Source of the DNA: Oscillospiraceae bacterium
GTDB taxonomy: Bacteria; Bacillota; Clostridia; Oscillospirales; Ruminococcaceae
DNA: 64,000 bases
Assembly (NCBI GenBank): GCA_017536405.1
Contig: JAFXHL010000026.1
Location: 9,036 to 73,035, forward strand
Reading direction: 5' to 3'
The notes beneath the pieces are model-generated. The model searched no databases, was not told the origin of the DNA, and was given only the letters and a program-made list of their open reading frames with translations. The position numbers and the translations under genes were made by a program. Of this stretch, positions 61,496-64,000 are shown piece after piece (position 1 is the stretch's first letter; every line of letters begins with the position of its first letter).

Positions 61496-63593
61496 ATTCT
61501 TCGGTTTTCTTTTCTTCTGTTTCAGAGGGTTTTTCTTCAGGCTTTTCTTCCTTTTTTTCTTCAACCTTTTCTTCTGTTTCAGAAGACTTTTCAGAAGGTT
61601 CTTCAGCCTTTTCAGAAGCCTTTTCTGCGTTATTGTCCTTAACCTCGTCAGAAACAGTAACATCTAACTTTTCGCCGACATTTTCTTCCTTCTTTTTAAG
61701 CTCTTCAGCGATTTTCTTTTCAACATCTTCGTCAGTAACTTCGCCGTTCATGAGTTTTTCAAAGAGTTCGCTGTCAATCTTTTCAAAGTGAATAAGATAT
61801 TTAGCAACAAGGTCGAGTTTATCTCTGTGGTCGGTAAGAATTTTCTTACACTGTTCGTGTGCTTCATCGATAAGGCGTTTTACTTCATCATCAATTTCAG
61901 AAGCAACCTTGTCGCTTAAGGTCTGTGTATGACCATAATCTCTTCCTAAGAAAACTTCATCTGAATCAGAGCCATATACAACGGGGCCTATCTTATTTGA
62001 GAAGCCGTATTTCATTATCATATTTCTTGCGGTCTTTGTCGCTCTTTCGATATCGTTTGAAGCACCTGTGCTGATATCATCGAGTGCGATTTCTTCGGCA
62101 ACTCTACCGCCTAAAAGCATAACAATGCTTTCTTTCATATATGTTCTTGTAACATGTCTGTCATCCGTTTCGGGACGGGTAATTGTAAGACCCGCAGCCA
62201 TACCTCTCTGGATAACTGTAACCTGCTGAACCTTTTCCTGTGTTTCAAGATAATAAGCCGCAACAGCGTGGCCTGCTTCGTGGAAAGATGTAATCTTTCT
62301 GTCTCTTTCTGTAACAACATGGGATTTCTTTTCGGGGCCTGCGATAACCTTGATGGTTGCTTCTTCGATGTCCTCTTCTGTGATAGCCTTTCTGTTCTTT
62401 CTTGCAGCAAGAAGAGCGGCTTCGTTTACAAGGTTTTCAAGGTCAGCACCCGTAAATCCCTGAGTAGTTTTTGCGATAACCTTAAGGTCAACATCGGGGG
62501 CCAGAGGTCTTGTTCTTGTGTGGACTTTTAAAATATCCTCTCTGCCCTTTACATCGGGGTAGTTGACAAAGATATGTCTGTCAAATCTTCCGGGACGCAT
62601 AAGAGCGGGGTCTAAAATATCCTTACGGTTTGTAGCGGCGATAACTATTACGCTGTCGTTTGTATCAAAACCGTCCATTTCAACGAGTATCTGATTGAGT
62701 GTCTGTTCCTTTTCGTCGTGTCCGCCGCCAAGACCTGCGCCACGTCTTCTGCCGACAGCGTCGATTTCATCTATGAAGATGATAGAGGGCGCCTGTTTCT
62801 TTGCTGTTTCAAAAAGGTCTCTTACTCTTGAAGCACCGACGCCGACAAACATTTCAACGAAATCAGAGCCTGAGATTGAGAAGAACGGAACTCCCGCTTC
62901 GCCTGCAACGGCCTTGGCAAGAAGTGTCTTACCAGTACCCGGAGGGCCGACAAGAAGTGCACCATGGGGGATTCTTGCGCCTATATCCTTATATTTTCTT
63001 GGGTTTTTGAGGAAGTCAACGATTTCAGCCATTTCTTCCTTTTCTTCATCAGCACCCGCAACATCTGCGAAAGTTGTTTTCTTTCCCGATGCAGAAAGTG
63101 TCTTTGCGTTTGCCTTTGAGAAGTTATTCATCTTTCCGCCGCCCGAAGCCTGACGCATCATAACGATAAAGAGAACAACCGTGAGTCCTATAAGAATAAT
63201 CATAGGAATTGTGCTTATAAGAAGGCTGTTGTCCTTTATGGGAACAAGGTCACATACAAGCGGTTTATCGGGATTTTGTGCGTTATATTCCTCTCTGTAT
63301 TCCGAAAGGTTTATATCATCAACAAAAAGCGAGATATTAGGAACAGTATAAACGATTTCGTTTTCCTTATCCTTTACTTTCATTGTGAGCTTGCCCGTTC
63401 CCGAGCCGTTACCGAGGTCAAGAGTATATTCTTCAACCTGATAATTATCAAAATAAGATACTATTTCGGAGTATTTTCTCTCTGTAACATTTTCGCCTGC
63501 GGTCATAAGCATAAACATAAGTCCGCCAAGGATTGCCGCCGCGATGAGAATGTAAATTAAAACTCCGCCTTTACTGCTTTTCAAATAGGTCAA
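61494..63593 (-). CDS. ftsH: ATP-dependent zinc metalloprotease FtsH with a Glu/Lys-rich C-terminal tail
   Basis: 699 aa. Walker [12 protein letters not shown] region, HEAGH zinc site. About 90-aa acidic tail. Confidence 0.97.
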   Translation of the reverse strand: MTYLKSSKGGVLIYILIAAAILGGLMFMLMTAGENVTERKYSEIVSYFDNYQVEEYTLDLGNGSGTGKLTMKVKDKENEIVYTVPNISLFVDDINLSEYREEYNAQNPDKPLVCDLVPIKDNSLLISTIPMIILIGLTVVLFIVMMRQASGGGKMNNFSKANAKTLSASGKKTTFADVAGADEEKEEMAEIVDFLKNPRKYKDIGARIPHGALLVGPPGTGKTLLAKAVAGEAGVPFFSISGSDFVEMFVGVGASRVRDLFETAKKQAPSIIFIDEIDAVGRRRGAGLGGGHDEKEQTLNQILVEMDGFDTNDSVIVIAATNRKDILDPALMRPGRFDRHIFVNYPDVKGREDILKVHTRTRPLAPDVDLKVIAKTTQGFTGADLENLVNEAALLAARKNRKAITEEDIEEATIKVIAGPEKKSHVVTERDRKITSFHEAGHAVAAYYLETQEKVQQVTVIQRGMAAGLTITRPETDDRHVTRTYMKESIVMLLGGRVAEEIALDDISTGASNDIERATKTARNMIMKYGFSNKIGPVVYGSDSDEVFLGRDYGHTQTLSDKVASEIDDEVKRLIDEAHEQCKKILTDHRDKLDLVAKYLIHFEKIDSELFEKLMNGEVTDEDVEKKIAEELKKKEENVGEKLDVTVSDEVKDNNAEKASEKAEEPSEKSSETEEKVEEKKEEKPEEKPSETEEKKTEE

Positions 63594-63626
63594 CTCCTTA
63601 TTTTTTTATTTTTTCTCCATATATTT

Positions 63627-64000
63627 TTACAGAACGCCTATGTATTTAAGGTTTCTGTATTTTTCATCGTAATCAAGCCCATAGCCGACAACAAAAGCGT
63701 CGGGGATTGTAAAAAGCGCCTTGTCTGCTTCGATTTCGGCTGTTCTTCTTTCGGGCTTGTCAAGAAGAACTATAAGTTCCAAAGACTCGGGATTTCTTTC
63801 AAGAAGTTTTCTCTTTACCTTTGAAAGAGTATTGCCTGTATCCAGAATATCTTCGGCTATTATTATATTATACCCCGAAAGGTCTTCTGCTATATCTCTT
63901 GTTATGTTTACATCACCGCTTGAAACAGTAGAGCTTCCATAACTTTTTGCCGCCATAAAGTCAACTTCACAGGGGATTGTTATTTCTCTTACAAGGTCTG
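63627..64000 (-). CDS. hpt: Hypoxanthine phosphoribosyltransferase (partial; N-terminus beyond the right edge)
   Basis: VDFMAAKSYG, IIAEDILDTGNTL (PRPP motif), VVGYGLDYDEKYRNL. The frame is open to position 64000. The hpt-ftsH order is conserved in Firmicutes. Confidence 0.9.
   Translation of the reverse strand, partial: DLVREITIPCEVDFMAAKSYGSSTVSSGDVNITRDIAEDLSGYNIIIAEDILDTGNTLSKVKRKLLERNPESLELIVLLDKPERRTAEIEADKALFTIPDAFVVGYGLDYDEKYRNLKYIGVL

Noticed and set aside
1-64000. Mobile genetic element, prophage, toxin-antitoxin or known defence system
   Set aside because: No transposase, integrase, recombinase, phage structural, restriction, Cas or abortive-infection signature was recognised in any frame. 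The only candidates for mobility are the small non-coding repeat modules.

Overview
This 64-kb window comes from a mid/low-GC, spore-forming, flagellated Bacillota chromosome that looks Clostridia-like; this is inferred from gene content (spoIIP, hpt-ftsH, a fla/che super-operon), not from any search. Left to right: a partial REC-GGDEF regulator; rplJ-rplL with an L10 leader; serC-serA; a CcdA/thioredoxin-like pair; tRNA-Arg(CCU) just downstream of glyQS; an aspartate kinase; glgP. A minus-strand cheA-cheW-cheR-cheB-cheW operon follows (14.8-19.8 kb). Next is a plus-strand insert with a FliK-like protein, an FlhB-C-terminal-like protein and a low-GC PASTA lipoprotein (20.0-23.2 kb). One long minus-strand flagellar/chemotaxis cluster runs from flgB (48.0 kb) down to cheC-cheD (23.3 kb). 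It has 34 genes in near-canonical Bacillus fla/che order but no flhF, flhG or fliL. Directly upstream of flgB sits a three-gene PilZ / orphan ParA-type ATPase / ComFB-like operon (48.4-50.3 kb). Further right are an operon of a Wzx/MurJ-like flippase, two unknown proteins, a CPBP protease and DUF4321, then a YabE-like G5+3D protein, spoIIP, ftsH and partial hpt. Observations most worth follow-up: (1) a modular, hairpin-rich family of intergenic repeats in at least seven intergenic regions, with a 74-nt perfect repeat, an 84/85 inverted copy, compensatory stem changes, and a 105-nt inverted-repeat-bounded element whose terminal TAA is the stop codon of two unrelated genes; (2) the PilZ-ParA-ComFB operon at the head of the flagellar cluster; (3) a FliY switch/phosphatase protein that lacks the usual N-terminal CheY-P docking peptide but has three LSQEEIEA-type copies in its internal linker; (4) an 18-nt tandem PEVPET array in the FliK ruler. 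I found no CRISPR array, transposase, integrase, prophage or recognisable defence system. All coordinates, motif matches and identities are hand-derived from the sequence.
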